The notes under the pieces: model-generated
What the model was told of the DNA's origin: nothing
Seen by the model: only the letters and a program-made list of their open reading frames with translations
Databases searched by the model: none
Origin: an uncultured Methanosarcinales archaeon
GTDB lineage: Archaea > Nanobdellota > Nanobdellia > Woesearchaeales > SM23-78
Assembly (NCBI GenBank): GCA_964354085.1
Contig: CAYGYA010000049.1
Location: forward strand, 3,887 to 67,886
DNA length: 64,000 nucleotides
Reading direction: 5' to 3'
Program-made: the position numbers and the translations under genes
Part shown: positions 19,085 through 28,199 of the stretch, one piece after another
Position numbering within the stretch: the stretch's first letter is position 1
Layout of the letters: each line of letters starts with the position of its first letter

Positions 19085-19738
19085 TTGAAAAACATAAATA
19101 TTGAAAATCAAAGGAGTGGAGAATCTCGAGCATATGCTTCTCTAGAAGGGGATGTTAGGAACCTTATTAAAGCATTCATGAAGTCAGATGACAAAAGTTT
19201 AGTAATCCCTTACACTGGAAAAAGGCTTTCTGCAATAAATGAGTGGAAGAGAATGAGGTTCAACCCAAAGCTTTTTTTTAACTGTATTGTTACCGAGATG
19301 CTTAAAAAATTGCCTCCTTCTAACTTCAAGAATTCATGTTACAGGCTGCTAGGGTTTAAGATAGGTCGTGACGTAGCAATATGCAATGACGTTCATATTG
19401 ATCCTTTTTTCCCGGAACTGACAATTATCGGCGATGGTGTCCTTTTGGGATACAAATCCACAATTAATGTTCATGACTATGTTATGAGAGATCTGAAAGT
19501 CGGGAGGGTTGTAATCAATAGCGGCTCTCTAATAGGAGGCAGGTCGCTGGTGAACTGCGGGGTGACTATAGGCAAGAACTGCGTTGTGGCAATCAACAGC
19601 GTTGTTGATCATGACATACCTGATAATACTGTAGTGGGAGGAAATCCCTTGAAAAAGCTTATAACTCTTCAGGAAGGAGAGATTTTCCGTTTCAAAAAGG
19701 CATACATCGGTAAAGATGGGCTTGAGCACGAGTATTGA
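19085..19738 (+). CDS. hexapeptide-repeat (left-handed beta-helix) acyl/acetyltransferase
   Basis: Repeated [LIV]G..... hexads: IGDGVLLGYKSTINVHD, VINSGSLIGGRSLVNCGVTIGKNCVVAINSVV, VVGGNPLKKL. The listed ORF starts at TTG; an ATG 31 codons in is an alternative start. Confidence 0.6.
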   Translation: MKNINIENQRSGESRAYASLEGDVRNLIKAFMKSDDKSLVIPYTGKRLSAINEWKRMRFNPKLFFNCIVTEMLKKLPPSNFKNSCYRLLGFKIGRDVAICNDVHIDPFFPELTIIGDGVLLGYKSTINVHDYVMRDLKVGRVVINSGSLIGGRSLVNCGVTIGKNCVVAINSVVDHDIPDNTVVGGNPLKKLITLQEGEIFRFKKAYIGKDGLEHEY

Positions 19739-19766
19739 AACGAAAATTTGGCTGTTTAAGGAAAAT

Positions 19767-20126
19767 ATGTATATCGGGACTGATTGTGAGGATATTGAAA
19801 GGTTTGAAAACCTTGAAAAGCAGTTTATTTCTAAAGTGTTTTCAAGGAAAGAAACTGATTATTGCCTGTCCACACAAAAGCCTGCTGAGCATTTTGCTGT
19901 AAGGTTTGCTGCAAAAGAAGCAGTAATAAAAGCATTTATGCAGGCAGGCTGTAGCATAGGATTGGATTTGTGTGACATAGAAATCCTTAAAGACCGTGCG
20001 GGAGTTCCTTTTGCCAAGCTGCATGCTGATAAGCAAGATAAATTAAACAGCTACACCATAAGGGTTAGCATGTCGCATTCAAAAAATATGGCTTTGGCTT
20101 TTGCAATAGTTTTTCAGAAAAATTAA
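19767..20126 (+). CDS. acpS: holo-ACP synthase-type 4'-phosphopantetheinyl transferase
   Basis: YIGTDCEDIERFE is the AcpS GxDxxE Mg site. FSRKETDYC, FAAKEAVIKA, LDLCDIEILKD...GVPF and the C-terminal VSMSHSKNMALAFAIV match the AcpS fold signature. ~119 aa from the internal Met. Confidence 0.65.
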   Translation: MYIGTDCEDIERFENLEKQFISKVFSRKETDYCLSTQKPAEHFAVRFAAKEAVIKAFMQAGCSIGLDLCDIEILKDRAGVPFAKLHADKQDKLNSYTIRVSMSHSKNMALAFAIVFQKN

Positions 20127-20153
20127 TAAACCGCAACGCCAGTTAAGGTTTTC

Positions 20154-21977
20154 ATGAGTGATTTTTTTGAAGAAAAGTCCTTGCTTGACAAGCTTACCTT
20201 TGAGTCTCCCATCTATGATTATATTTCTGCTTATTCAAAATTGCATTCCCTGGACCTATCGCCGCTCAAGCTGAAAAAGCTAAGAATCGCTTTTGTCTGC
20301 AGTTTCACTATTTCAAACATTGAAAAAGTTTTTTTCACTCTCTGCATAAAAAACAACATCATGCCTGAGTTTTACTTCTCGGATTATAACCAGTATACCC
20401 AGGACATCTTAGACGAAAAGAGCAAGCTATACTCTTTTCACCCCGATATTACTTTTCTGTTTATTGATTCAAGAGCCCTGCTTGCGGAATCATATTTTGT
20501 TCCTTATCCTTCCTCTGAAGAAAGCATGAAAAAAAATGCTGAGGAAATTACCAATTATCTTATTAATTTGGTTGACAAGCTTCAAAAATTTTGCCCCAAA
20601 ACAGTTGTTCATAACCTGGAAATACCTTTCTATTCACCCCTGGGAATTGCGGAAAACAAGGAGGCTTTCGGGTTTTTGGATATTTTTTCATCAGTAAACA
20701 ATGCTTTAAGAAAAAAGTATGAGGAAAACAGCTCTGTTTTTGTTTTTGATTTTGACCAGTTCCTGTCTAAAATAGGCAAAGAAAATGCATTTGATTACAA
20801 GATGTATTATTTAGGTGACATGAAGATTGCCATGCAAATCTTTCCAAAACTGGTAAACGAATACCTGGCATATCTTATTCCTACAGCCTCCTTTACAAGA
20901 AGGTGCATTGTCCTTGACCTGGATAACACTCTTTGGGGAGGAAATGTGGGAGATGATGGGTTTAATGGAATTCAGCTTGGCCCAAAGCCTCCTGGGAACC
21001 AGTTCATGGATTTCCAAAAACATCTCCTGGCCCTGCACAATAGGGGCATTCTCCTGGCTATCAACAGCAGCAACAACTATGAGGAAGCAATGAATGTGAT
21101 TGAGAAACACCAGTTCATGGTATTAAAGAAAAAAAATTTCTCATCGATTAAGATAAACTGGGAGCCAAAAGATGAGAATATGAAGAATATCGCTAAGGAG
21201 ATTAACATAGGACTTGATTCCTTTGTTTTCATAGATGACCTAGCAGAGAACAGGGAAAGAATCAAGGAGCTGCTTCCTGAAGTTGAGACGATAGATATGC
21301 CTGAAGATCCTGCCCTTTATACAAAAACGCTTCTTGACCTAAAATTGTTTTCATCATTTGCAATTACTGAGGAAGACTTCTGCAGGGGCGAACTGTATGC
21401 CCAGCGAAGCCAGCGTGACAGTTTAAGACTATCATCTAACAGTATGGAGAAATTCTTAGAGAATCTGGGATTGTCAGTCAATATTGCACAGGCAGACTTG
21501 CCTTCAATTCCAAGGATTTCCCAGCTATGCATGAAAACCAACCAATTCAACGTCACCACAAGAAGATATTCTGAATCAGACATCAAAGCATTTTATGAAA
21601 ACAATAATTGCGTAGTATACCAATTGGATGCAACTGACCGCTTTGGCGACCATGGGCTGGTAGGAGTTTGTATCATAAAAAAAGAGGGTGACAAGGCGTT
21701 CATTGACAGCTTTTTGCTGAGTTGCAGAGTTATGGGATTTCATATAGAAAATGCTTTTTATAATTATGTTGCAGATGACCTAAAGAAGCAGGGTATTACA
21801 AGCATATCTTCTCTCTACATCCCTACTACAAAAAATTCTCCTGTAAAGGATTTGTACGCCTCGTTTGGTTTTAGCAAGGCAAAGGAAAATGATGATGGTT
21901 CAGTTCAATGGGATAAAAGCCTACAGGATTTCACACCTGAGTATCCCAAATGGATTTTAATGGAGATAAAAAAATGA
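20154..21977 (+). CDS. FkbH-like protein (HAD-IIIC phosphatase domain + C-terminal acyl/GNAT-like domain); predicted glyceryl-S-carrier-protein loading enzyme
   Basis: The FkbH/HAD-IIIC signature CIVLDLDNTLWGGNVGDDGFNGIQLG is an exact match to the family core. LAINSSNN and FIDDLAENRE complete the HAD motifs. 607 aa is typical of FkbH proteins. Confidence 0.7.
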   Translation: MSDFFEEKSLLDKLTFESPIYDYISAYSKLHSLDLSPLKLKKLRIAFVCSFTISNIEKVFFTLCIKNNIMPEFYFSDYNQYTQDILDEKSKLYSFHPDITFLFIDSRALLAESYFVPYPSSEESMKKNAEEITNYLINLVDKLQKFCPKTVVHNLEIPFYSPLGIAENKEAFGFLDIFSSVNNALRKKYEENSSVFVFDFDQFLSKIGKENAFDYKMYYLGDMKIAMQIFPKLVNEYLAYLIPTASFTRRCIVLDLDNTLWGGNVGDDGFNGIQLGPKPPGNQFMDFQKHLLALHNRGILLAINSSNNYEEAMNVIEKHQFMVLKKKNFSSIKINWEPKDENMKNIAKEINIGLDSFVFIDDLAENRERIKELLPEVETIDMPEDPALYTKTLLDLKLFSSFAITEEDFCRGELYAQRSQRDSLRLSSNSMEKFLENLGLSVNIAQADLPSIPRISQLCMKTNQFNVTTRRYSESDIKAFYENNNCVVYQLDATDRFGDHGLVGVCIIKKEGDKAFIDSFLLSCRVMGFHIENAFYNYVADDLKKQGITSISSLYIPTTKNSPVKDLYASFGFSKAKENDDGSVQWDKSLQDFTPEYPKWILMEIKK

Positions 21978-22210
21978 GCAAGCTATTCGAGATTGTCGGG
22001 AAAATACTTGGCGCAAATCCTTTAAAAATAAATGATGAAAGTTCAGCAGCAACTTTAAGCGAATGGGACTCGATGAATAATCTCGTCATTTTCTCTGCCA
22101 TAGAAAAGGAATTCAATGTGAAATTCACCATGAAAGAGATTAATTCTGTAAAGAATCTTGGCGCTGTGAAACAACTATTAATGGCAAAGACAGGAAGATC
22201 TGATTTTTAA
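21974..22210 (+). CDS. acyl/peptidyl carrier protein (PP-binding)
   Basis: 78-aa 4-helix-sized ORF with LSEWDSMNNLVIFSAIEKEF. The Ser in DSM sits at the start of helix 2, as in ACP/DltC. Start overlaps the FkbH stop (ATGA), indicating translational coupling. Confidence 0.6.
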   Translation: MSKLFEIVGKILGANPLKINDESSAATLSEWDSMNNLVIFSAIEKEFNVKFTMKEINSVKNLGAVKQLLMAKTGRSDF

Positions 22211-22255
22211 ACTTATTTTATACGAGATTAATCAAGGCTTGCCTGGAGAAATAGT

Positions 22256-23041
22256 TTATTTCTTTCTGCACACATAAATAGAGAAGATGGGTATTCTTGT
22301 GAATATATTGTATTCTTCAGGATTGTATTTCTTGAAAGACTGTACTGGCTTACAATCAATAATGTCAATCAGTTCAAAACCTGCCTGCCTTATTGCTTTC
22401 AAAATGATCCTAAAACTTCTTTGGTGCTCCTTGGTTATCATTCCAGGAACCATTTCATAGTTGGTTATGGCTTCAGAAAAAGCATTTCCCAAGTCAATTC
22501 TCTTATTAGTTCTCTTATCAACAACGTATCCTAATCCACGGATTCTCAGGTTCTCATCTTCATAATACTCCCTTGCTGAAGCTATTGGGCTAAGGCAAGA
22601 AAAAAACAATTCACCTGCTTTTTTAAGCACCCTGCCAGCTTCTCTAAAGGCTTTATCAAGGTTATCAACATGGTCAATGCAAAGGCTCGATGTGACTATA
22701 TCAAAGAATTTATTTTCATACGGAAGCTTCTCAGCAGAGCCAACTATAAACTCTGCTCCTTTGCATCGCACTTTTGCAAGCTCAATCATAGTCTTGCTAA
22801 CATCCATGCCCCACACTTTTGCTCCTCTTCGTAAGTATTCTTTTGCATGCACTCCTGCTCCGCAACCAACATCCAACAGTTTCTTGCCCCTTATATTGCC
22901 TATTGCTTTGAACATACAAGGCATTTCAAGAAATTCATTAAAAGCTCTCTCTGCCTTATGTTTTTCTCGGCTCTTCTGGTATTCTGCCCCAAATTCATCA
23001 TACATTCTTTTTGTGTATTTTTCAATAGATTTGCTTGACAT
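22256..23041 (-). CDS. class I SAM-dependent methyltransferase
   Basis: Motif I LLDVGCGAGVHA, an acidic motif II GMDVS, and motif post-I/IV FDIVTSSLCIDHV. Confidence 0.7.
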   Translation of the reverse strand: MSSKSIEKYTKRMYDEFGAEYQKSREKHKAERAFNEFLEMPCMFKAIGNIRGKKLLDVGCGAGVHAKEYLRRGAKVWGMDVSKTMIELAKVRCKGAEFIVGSAEKLPYENKFFDIVTSSLCIDHVDNLDKAFREAGRVLKKAGELFFSCLSPIASAREYYEDENLRIRGLGYVVDKRTNKRIDLGNAFSEAITNYEMVPGMITKEHQRSFRIILKAIRQAGFELIDIIDCKPVQSFKKYNPEEYNIFTRIPIFSIYVCRKK

Positions 23042-23627
23042 TTTTCACACTCTCCTCAACCAGTTCATCAATATCCAGTTTAGCTTCCTCATACTCAACC
23101 TTCTCAAGCCGTGAAGTTGTTGCTGGATGCGATGGCAGGAATGGGCAGCCAGGGCTTTTCTGGATTGACATTTCATAGGTTCCTAATTTCCTGGCTAATT
23201 TGATTGTATCGTTCTTGTCAAAGCCTAGCAAGGGTTGCAACACAGTCATCTTGACTGCTCCTTGTATTACTGCCATATTATCAAGAGTCTGGCTTGCTAC
23301 CTGGCCCATGTTCTCCCCTGTTATTATGAAATCGCACTTCTGCTTTTCAGCAAGCTTTTCTGCTATCCTTAGCATCATTCTCTTGCAATAGATGCAGGTG
23401 TAACGAGGATTGCACTTTTCTCTATAAGCATCATGTGCAAATCTTAGCTCTGCAAAAAATAAGTGCTGCACATTTACCTTTTTTGCCAAATCAATAACTT
23501 TCTGATTTTCTTTTTCATTATCCCAGAAATTCAGGTGGAGAGCAATTAACTCAACGCCTTTCTCTGCTGCCAATTTGCCAGCTACTGGGCTGTCAATTCC
23601 TGAGCTGAGCAATAACAAGCCTTTCAT
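23022..23627 (-). CDS. ThiI-like PP-loop ATP pyrophosphatase domain protein (tRNA sulfurtransferase catalytic domain without THUMP)
   Basis: PP-loop LLSSGIDSPVA, ITGENMGQVASQTLDNM and LQPLLGFDKNDTIKLARKLGT match the ThiI C-terminal domain. Start at internal Met MKGLL. Confidence 0.6.
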   Translation of the reverse strand: MKGLLLLSSGIDSPVAGKLAAEKGVELIALHLNFWDNEKENQKVIDLAKKVNVQHLFFAELRFAHDAYREKCNPRYTCIYCKRMMLRIAEKLAEKQKCDFIITGENMGQVASQTLDNMAVIQGAVKMTVLQPLLGFDKNDTIKLARKLGTYEMSIQKSPGCPFLPSHPATTSRLEKVEYEEAKLDIDELVEESVKNVKQIY

Positions 23628-23735
23628 AAAACCAAGGGAATAAAATGGGTTTATAATGGTTGCTAACCCAAAAAAAGATAAATAATACATTTCGTAGTGG
23701 TAACATTTATAAAGGGGTAATTTTCCCACGCGTAT

Positions 23736-24596
23736 ATGACTGGAAAACATAATTCTCGTCGATACAATAAAAAGTCTGATGAGAAGAAAGGATTGACTAT
23801 AGGTCACTTGGGAGTAACTGGGTTAGCATGTGCAACAGGATTGGCTGCATTCCTGAGACCTTATAACATTTCAAATAGCTATGTCGCTGAACAATTTAAA
23901 AATACTCCTAGTATTACAAGACCTGTTCAAACACAAGCTTCAAAGCCTGTGCAACCAATCATCACTCAATACAATAAACCTAGCACAACAGATTATAATA
24001 CTCTTGTTGAAAAGATAAGAGAGGACGCTAGCAACATCCAGCCTGCTAACTACAAGAATTATCTGGAATCTAGCTTAGAACGAGTGCTTGAGCAATGGTA
24101 TGGCACTAAGTGGTCTATGAACGGAGCTTCGCAGCAGCCAAGAAAGGGGAGCGTGGGCTGCGATTATCTTGTAATCAGGGCTTTAGAGGCTCTGGGATAT
24201 AATTTTGACAAGCATGAGCTTGGCTGGGAAACAATTACACAAAACCCTACCAACTGGCTAGCCTCTGAGAACATAGTAAAGGCTGCATCCAGCCAGGTAA
24301 GAGAATTCTGGGGTATGTCATACAAGAACTTAAAAAGATATCTTAATATTCAAGGCAATGGCATTTACGCTTTAGGCACAGATACACATGTAGGTTTCTT
24401 ACAAAAAAAAGGTAACGATTTGTATTTCTACCACAGCAGCCAAAGGCCTCACGGTAAAGTTGTAAAGGAAAAAGCAGACAATGTATCTACGTTAAAACAT
24501 TCAAATGTCTATGTTATTGGAAAACTTTTCACTCCCGATATGTATGACAGGTATTTTCAGAAAGAACCAAAGCCTGTGAGCGCTAGCGGAATGTAA
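23736..24596 (+). CDS. hypothetical protein, probably membrane-anchored/secreted
   Basis: N-terminal hydrophobic segment LTIGHLGVTGLACATGLAAFL, then a polar Thr/Gln/Pro-rich linker and a globular C-terminus. Confidence 0.4.
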   Translation: MTGKHNSRRYNKKSDEKKGLTIGHLGVTGLACATGLAAFLRPYNISNSYVAEQFKNTPSITRPVQTQASKPVQPIITQYNKPSTTDYNTLVEKIREDASNIQPANYKNYLESSLERVLEQWYGTKWSMNGASQQPRKGSVGCDYLVIRALEALGYNFDKHELGWETITQNPTNWLASENIVKAASSQVREFWGMSYKNLKRYLNIQGNGIYALGTDTHVGFLQKKGNDLYFYHSSQRPHGKVVKEKADNVSTLKHSNVYVIGKLFTPDMYDRYFQKEPKPVSASGM

Positions 24597-24600
24597 AAGA

Positions 24601-25278
24601 TTATTTTTTCTTGCAGACAAACATTGCATGGTCTCTTTCAAAAGGCTCGAGCTCTCTGTAATCAACAACCACCATGCTGCTCTTGTCTAGCTGCATTCTC
24701 ACGTCCCTGAAGATTTCCCTTGGCCTTTTTGCAACATCAACACTCCTGGCTTTTAATGCCAGAAGCCCAAATCCTCCTTTTTTCAGGAATGCATCGCAGT
24801 TCTTTAGGAAAATCTCAACCTGGTTTCTCTGGGCAATATCCTGGAACACAACATTAACCTGGGGGCTTATTAGCTCTTTATATTCTTCAGGGTGATTAGC
24901 ATCAGCAAGTATAGGAGCCATGTTAATCCTTTCCTCGCAAACAAAAACCAGATCTCGCACAACACGGGGCGCATTGTCTAAGCAGAAAACAAATCCTTCA
25001 TTACCAACCAAGTCTGATACATAGCTTGGAGTGAATCCATGGGCAGCTCCCAAGTAGAGCACAATATCCTTGTCCTTTATCCCTATCTGTGATATGCCTT
25101 TCTTTATTGCTGCTCCTAGCTTGCTTCTTGAAACATCCCAGCTCCTGAACTCAACTCCTTGCTCTCTTATCAGCTCTTCTGCAAAAAATGATTTGCCAGG
25201 AGTCAGGTTTCTAGTGTACACTGCTCTTCTCTGCCTATTATCCTCAAACACATTGAACTTCTTGATTTCTTCTAGCAT
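24601..25278 (-). CDS. flpA: fibrillarin-like rRNA/tRNA 2'-O-methyltransferase
   Basis: VLYLGAAHGFTPSYVSDLV (SAM motif), LDNAPRVVRDL, archaeal fibrillarin length (225 aa). Lies immediately downstream of nop5. Confidence 0.9.
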   Translation of the reverse strand: MLEEIKKFNVFEDNRQRRAVYTRNLTPGKSFFAEELIREQGVEFRSWDVSRSKLGAAIKKGISQIGIKDKDIVLYLGAAHGFTPSYVSDLVGNEGFVFCLDNAPRVVRDLVFVCEERINMAPILADANHPEEYKELISPQVNVVFQDIAQRNQVEIFLKNCDAFLKKGGFGLLALKARSVDVAKRPREIFRDVRMQLDKSSMVVVDYRELEPFERDHAMFVCKKK

Positions 25279-25298
25279 AAAAACACCTTTCTAAAACC

Positions 25299-25673
25299 TC
25301 ACCTAAACACTGCCTTGTAAAGGATTATCCTGCTCAAAGCTATGCTGTACATTATCACGCTGATTATCATGCAGATGATTACAAGGAAATCAACAAACAA
25401 GTAGGCAAACAAAAAGCTGAGCACAAGAGTGGCCTGGCCTATTACAATATAGCTTGATGTGTGCTCAAAATAGCTGTGCTTCTTTCCAATTCGATAAACT
25501 TTTTCCTCGTAAATCATCCAGAAATATAACGCAAACCCTATGAGCAGAGTAATGAAATAAAATAATGGTTTTGTTTTCAGGGAGTAAAACACAAAACTAA
25601 GCACAATAATCAGCAACAATGTAAGGAATTCATTTTCAAACAGCAAATACTTATTATGCCTGCTTATCTTCAT
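25299..25673 (-). CDS. small integral membrane protein
   Basis: Three or four hydrophobic helices in 124 aa. No motif recognised. Confidence 0.3.
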   Translation of the reverse strand: MKISRHNKYLLFENEFLTLLLIIVLSFVFYSLKTKPLFYFITLLIGFALYFWMIYEEKVYRIGKKHSYFEHTSSYIVIGQATLVLSFLFAYLFVDFLVIICMIISVIMYSIALSRIILYKAVFR

Positions 25674-25687
25674 AAAGTTCGCCTCCT

Positions 25688-26422
25688 TTACCTGAACTTC
25701 GCCTCTAGTTCTTTTAATAATTTGTCTGCAATAAATTCTCCTTTGAAAAAGTCAATCCTGACAGCAAGGAATATCTTGTCAGCCAGTTGCCTTGCAGCCC
25801 TGCCCCGGTCAGATTTTTTTGCTTTTTGCACAAGCTGGTGCTGTAACAGATACCCGTACTTCGGAGGCCTGGCTCCCGTCCTTATGTGCCTGAACAAAGC
25901 CTTCTCAGCTCCTAGCAACTGTATTGTACTGCTTCTCATCATGGCTAATTTTTTCAAGCTGCCTGCTCCACGCAGCAGCTTTGCTCCAATCAAAGAGCCC
26001 GCAAGCACTGTGAGGTTAGGGCAGTAGGCTTTCATAGTCTTCTCAAGATAATCCTCAAGCAGCTGAGACTCTCTCATTAAGTCAGATATTATGCTTGCCA
26101 GCGAGAGTATAGGCTCAAAGTCTTTTTTTTCAAAATGAGCACCCATCTCATCCTTTATCTTAAGTTCTTTCACCAATTCCTTCTTATCTGCCTTTAATAC
26201 GAGCTTTACAAAGTTCTCATGCTCAGCAATCTTCTTGTCAAGCTCTGGAAAATAAAGAGAATACCACTCCCTAAGCCTCTTGCTCAGGTTATTAATTATT
26301 TTCTGCAACTCCTCAACATTATTCACAGCATTGATTATGAAAACGTCAGGATTAACACTGTCCTTAACGCCTTTTTTTGCAAGCTCAAGGTTCTTTTTCC
26401 TCAAATCAGCCAACTTAGCCAT
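25688..26422 (-). CDS. nop5: Nop5/Nop56/58 C/D-box sRNP protein (short form)
   Basis: NOP domain LAGSLIGAKLLRGAGSLKKLAMMRSSTIQLLGAEKALFRH...PKYGYLLQHQLV. Standard nop5-flpA operon arrangement. Confidence 0.85.
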   Translation of the reverse strand: MAKLADLRKKNLELAKKGVKDSVNPDVFIINAVNNVEELQKIINNLSKRLREWYSLYFPELDKKIAEHENFVKLVLKADKKELVKELKIKDEMGAHFEKKDFEPILSLASIISDLMRESQLLEDYLEKTMKAYCPNLTVLAGSLIGAKLLRGAGSLKKLAMMRSSTIQLLGAEKALFRHIRTGARPPKYGYLLQHQLVQKAKKSDRGRAARQLADKIFLAVRIDFFKGEFIADKLLKELEAKFR

Positions 26423-26656
26423 TACAAGCTATAATTAGTGAGGAGAATCTTTTAAATGTTGCTATAAATGAGCACAAAACAATCACCTTTAAAAACCAGA
26501 CCCGCCTCCTTTGTTCTATGATTAACGCATTTGTTTATGGGGCATATTGCCATTTGAGAGTTTAGCTAGTTCTAGCGCTATTGTTTAGTTATTAACTTCA
26601 TTAATTTTTTTGATTCGGTTTTTTATTCAATTCAAAAAACAACAAGGTGATTTAAT

Positions 26657-27727
26657 ATGGTCAAGAAAGAAAATAACAAAGAAAAAAAAGCAAATAAAGA
26701 AAAAAAGGTTCCAAAGTACCAAGATCAAACCAAGTTCATGAGAAGATATGAGTCATTAGAAGGCTTTCCTGAGATTAAGGGCTATGATTTTGAAAAAGAT
26801 TTTCATTTTGACGAGTTTGTAGAATCATACAGCTCAATGGGAATACAAGCCTCTAATCTTGGCAAAGCCATTGAAATAACCAATGAGATGATAGACGGCA
26901 AAGCAACTATCTTCTTGTCATGCACTTCTAATATGATAAGCTCAGGAACAAGAGAGATTATCAAGTTCCTTGTGAAGCACAAGTTTGTGCAAGTTCTCTC
27001 AATGAGTGTTGGGGGAGTTGAAGAGGATATTATCAAGTGCATTAAGCCATTTGTTGCAGGCAGCTTTGATGTGCCTGGCAGAGTGCTTTTTGAAAAAGGA
27101 GTTGGCAGGATAGGAAACATATTTGCTCCCTATGACAGATACCTTTATTTTGAGAAGTTCATGGAGCCATTGTTTGAGAGAGTATACAAAGAGTCAAAAA
27201 AAAGGAATAGGCCATTCACACCTTCAGAGTTCATCAAGGAAATGGGCAAGGAGATTAATAATGAGGAATCAATAATTTACTGGGCTTATAAGAACAACAT
27301 ACCAGTGTTCTGCCCTGCACTGACAGACGGAAGCGTTGGAGACTTGTTCTATTTCCAGAAGTTCAATAAGAAAGACTTTTGCATAGACATTGTAGAAGAC
27401 CATGTGAAAATAATCAATCTTGCGCTTAACTCTGAAAAAACAGGAGCAATAATCCTCGGAGGAGGAGTTGCAAAGCACTATGTGCTTAATGCAAATATTT
27501 TCAGGGAAGGGCTTGATTATGCTGTTTACATCACAACAGCAACAGAGCATGATGCGAGCGACTCAGGAGGCAACTTACAGGAAGCAATGACCTGGGCAAA
27601 GATAAAACTCAATGCGTCGAATGTCAAGGTGATTGCAGAAGCCAGCCTTGTGTTCCCACTGCTTGTTGCTGCTACGTTTGCTAAGAGGCAAAGGGAAGAC
27701 AAGGAAGAAAAAGGTGGGAGAAAATAA
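26657..27727 (+). CDS. dys: deoxyhypusine synthase
   Basis: DHS-family motifs FLSCTSNMISSG, PALTDGSVGDLFYF, GGGVAKHY, and a TEHDASDSGG block containing the conserved acidic/Ser region. Confidence 0.85.
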   Translation: MVKKENNKEKKANKEKKVPKYQDQTKFMRRYESLEGFPEIKGYDFEKDFHFDEFVESYSSMGIQASNLGKAIEITNEMIDGKATIFLSCTSNMISSGTREIIKFLVKHKFVQVLSMSVGGVEEDIIKCIKPFVAGSFDVPGRVLFEKGVGRIGNIFAPYDRYLYFEKFMEPLFERVYKESKKRNRPFTPSEFIKEMGKEINNEESIIYWAYKNNIPVFCPALTDGSVGDLFYFQKFNKKDFCIDIVEDHVKIINLALNSEKTGAIILGGGVAKHYVLNANIFREGLDYAVYITTATEHDASDSGGNLQEAMTWAKIKLNASNVKVIAEASLVFPLLVAATFAKRQREDKEEKGGRK

Positions 27728-27728
27728 A

Positions 27729-28172
27729 ATGTTGAGCAAAGCTGTAAAAGAAAAACTAAAGAATAATCAGAAGGTGCTTGCGTTATGGGCTGCTGACTGC
27801 GCAGAGCATGTGCTCCCATATTTTGAGAAAAAATATCCAAGAGATGAACGCCCTAGAAAAGCCATTGAGGCAGCAAGAGCTTGGACACATGGAGAGATAC
27901 GCGTTAGCGAGGCTCGCACAGCAGCTCTTGCTGCTCATGCTGCTGCAAGGGCCACAGATGATCCTTCAGCTCGTACTGCTGCACGCTCAGCTGGTCACGC
28001 CGCAGCAACTGCGCATGTTGCTAGCCATTCTAAGGCTGCAGCTAGCTATGCTGCTAGTGCTGCCGGAGCTGCAGCTCTCTCTGAAGAGCACGAATGGCAA
28101 AAAAACCGTCTTAAAAAAAGCCTTCGAAAGATTATACTAACACGTCATCCTAGGATTAAGCAACTTTTATAA
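27729..28172 (+). CDS. Ala-rich alpha-helical repeat protein (resembles Imm5-type immunity-protein family)
   Basis: LALWAADCAEHVLPYFE...PRKAIEAARAWTHGEIRVSEARTAALAAHAAARA... followed by repeated AA.AA.A helical repeats. The ATG directly follows the dys stop (TAAAATG). Confidence 0.4.
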   Translation: MLSKAVKEKLKNNQKVLALWAADCAEHVLPYFEKKYPRDERPRKAIEAARAWTHGEIRVSEARTAALAAHAAARATDDPSARTAARSAGHAAATAHVASHSKAAASYAASAAGAAALSEEHEWQKNRLKKSLRKIILTRHPRIKQLL

Positions 28173-28174
28173 AT
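28165..28174 (+). promoter_or_regulatory. TATA-box-like element (TTTTATAAAT) ~26-35 nt upstream of the aRF1 ATG; implies a leaderless transcript
   Basis: AT-rich octamer at the archaeal TATA-to-start spacing. No SD motif before the ATG. Confidence 0.35.
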
Positions 28175-28199
28175 CCATATTAATAATCTAGGTATTAAG

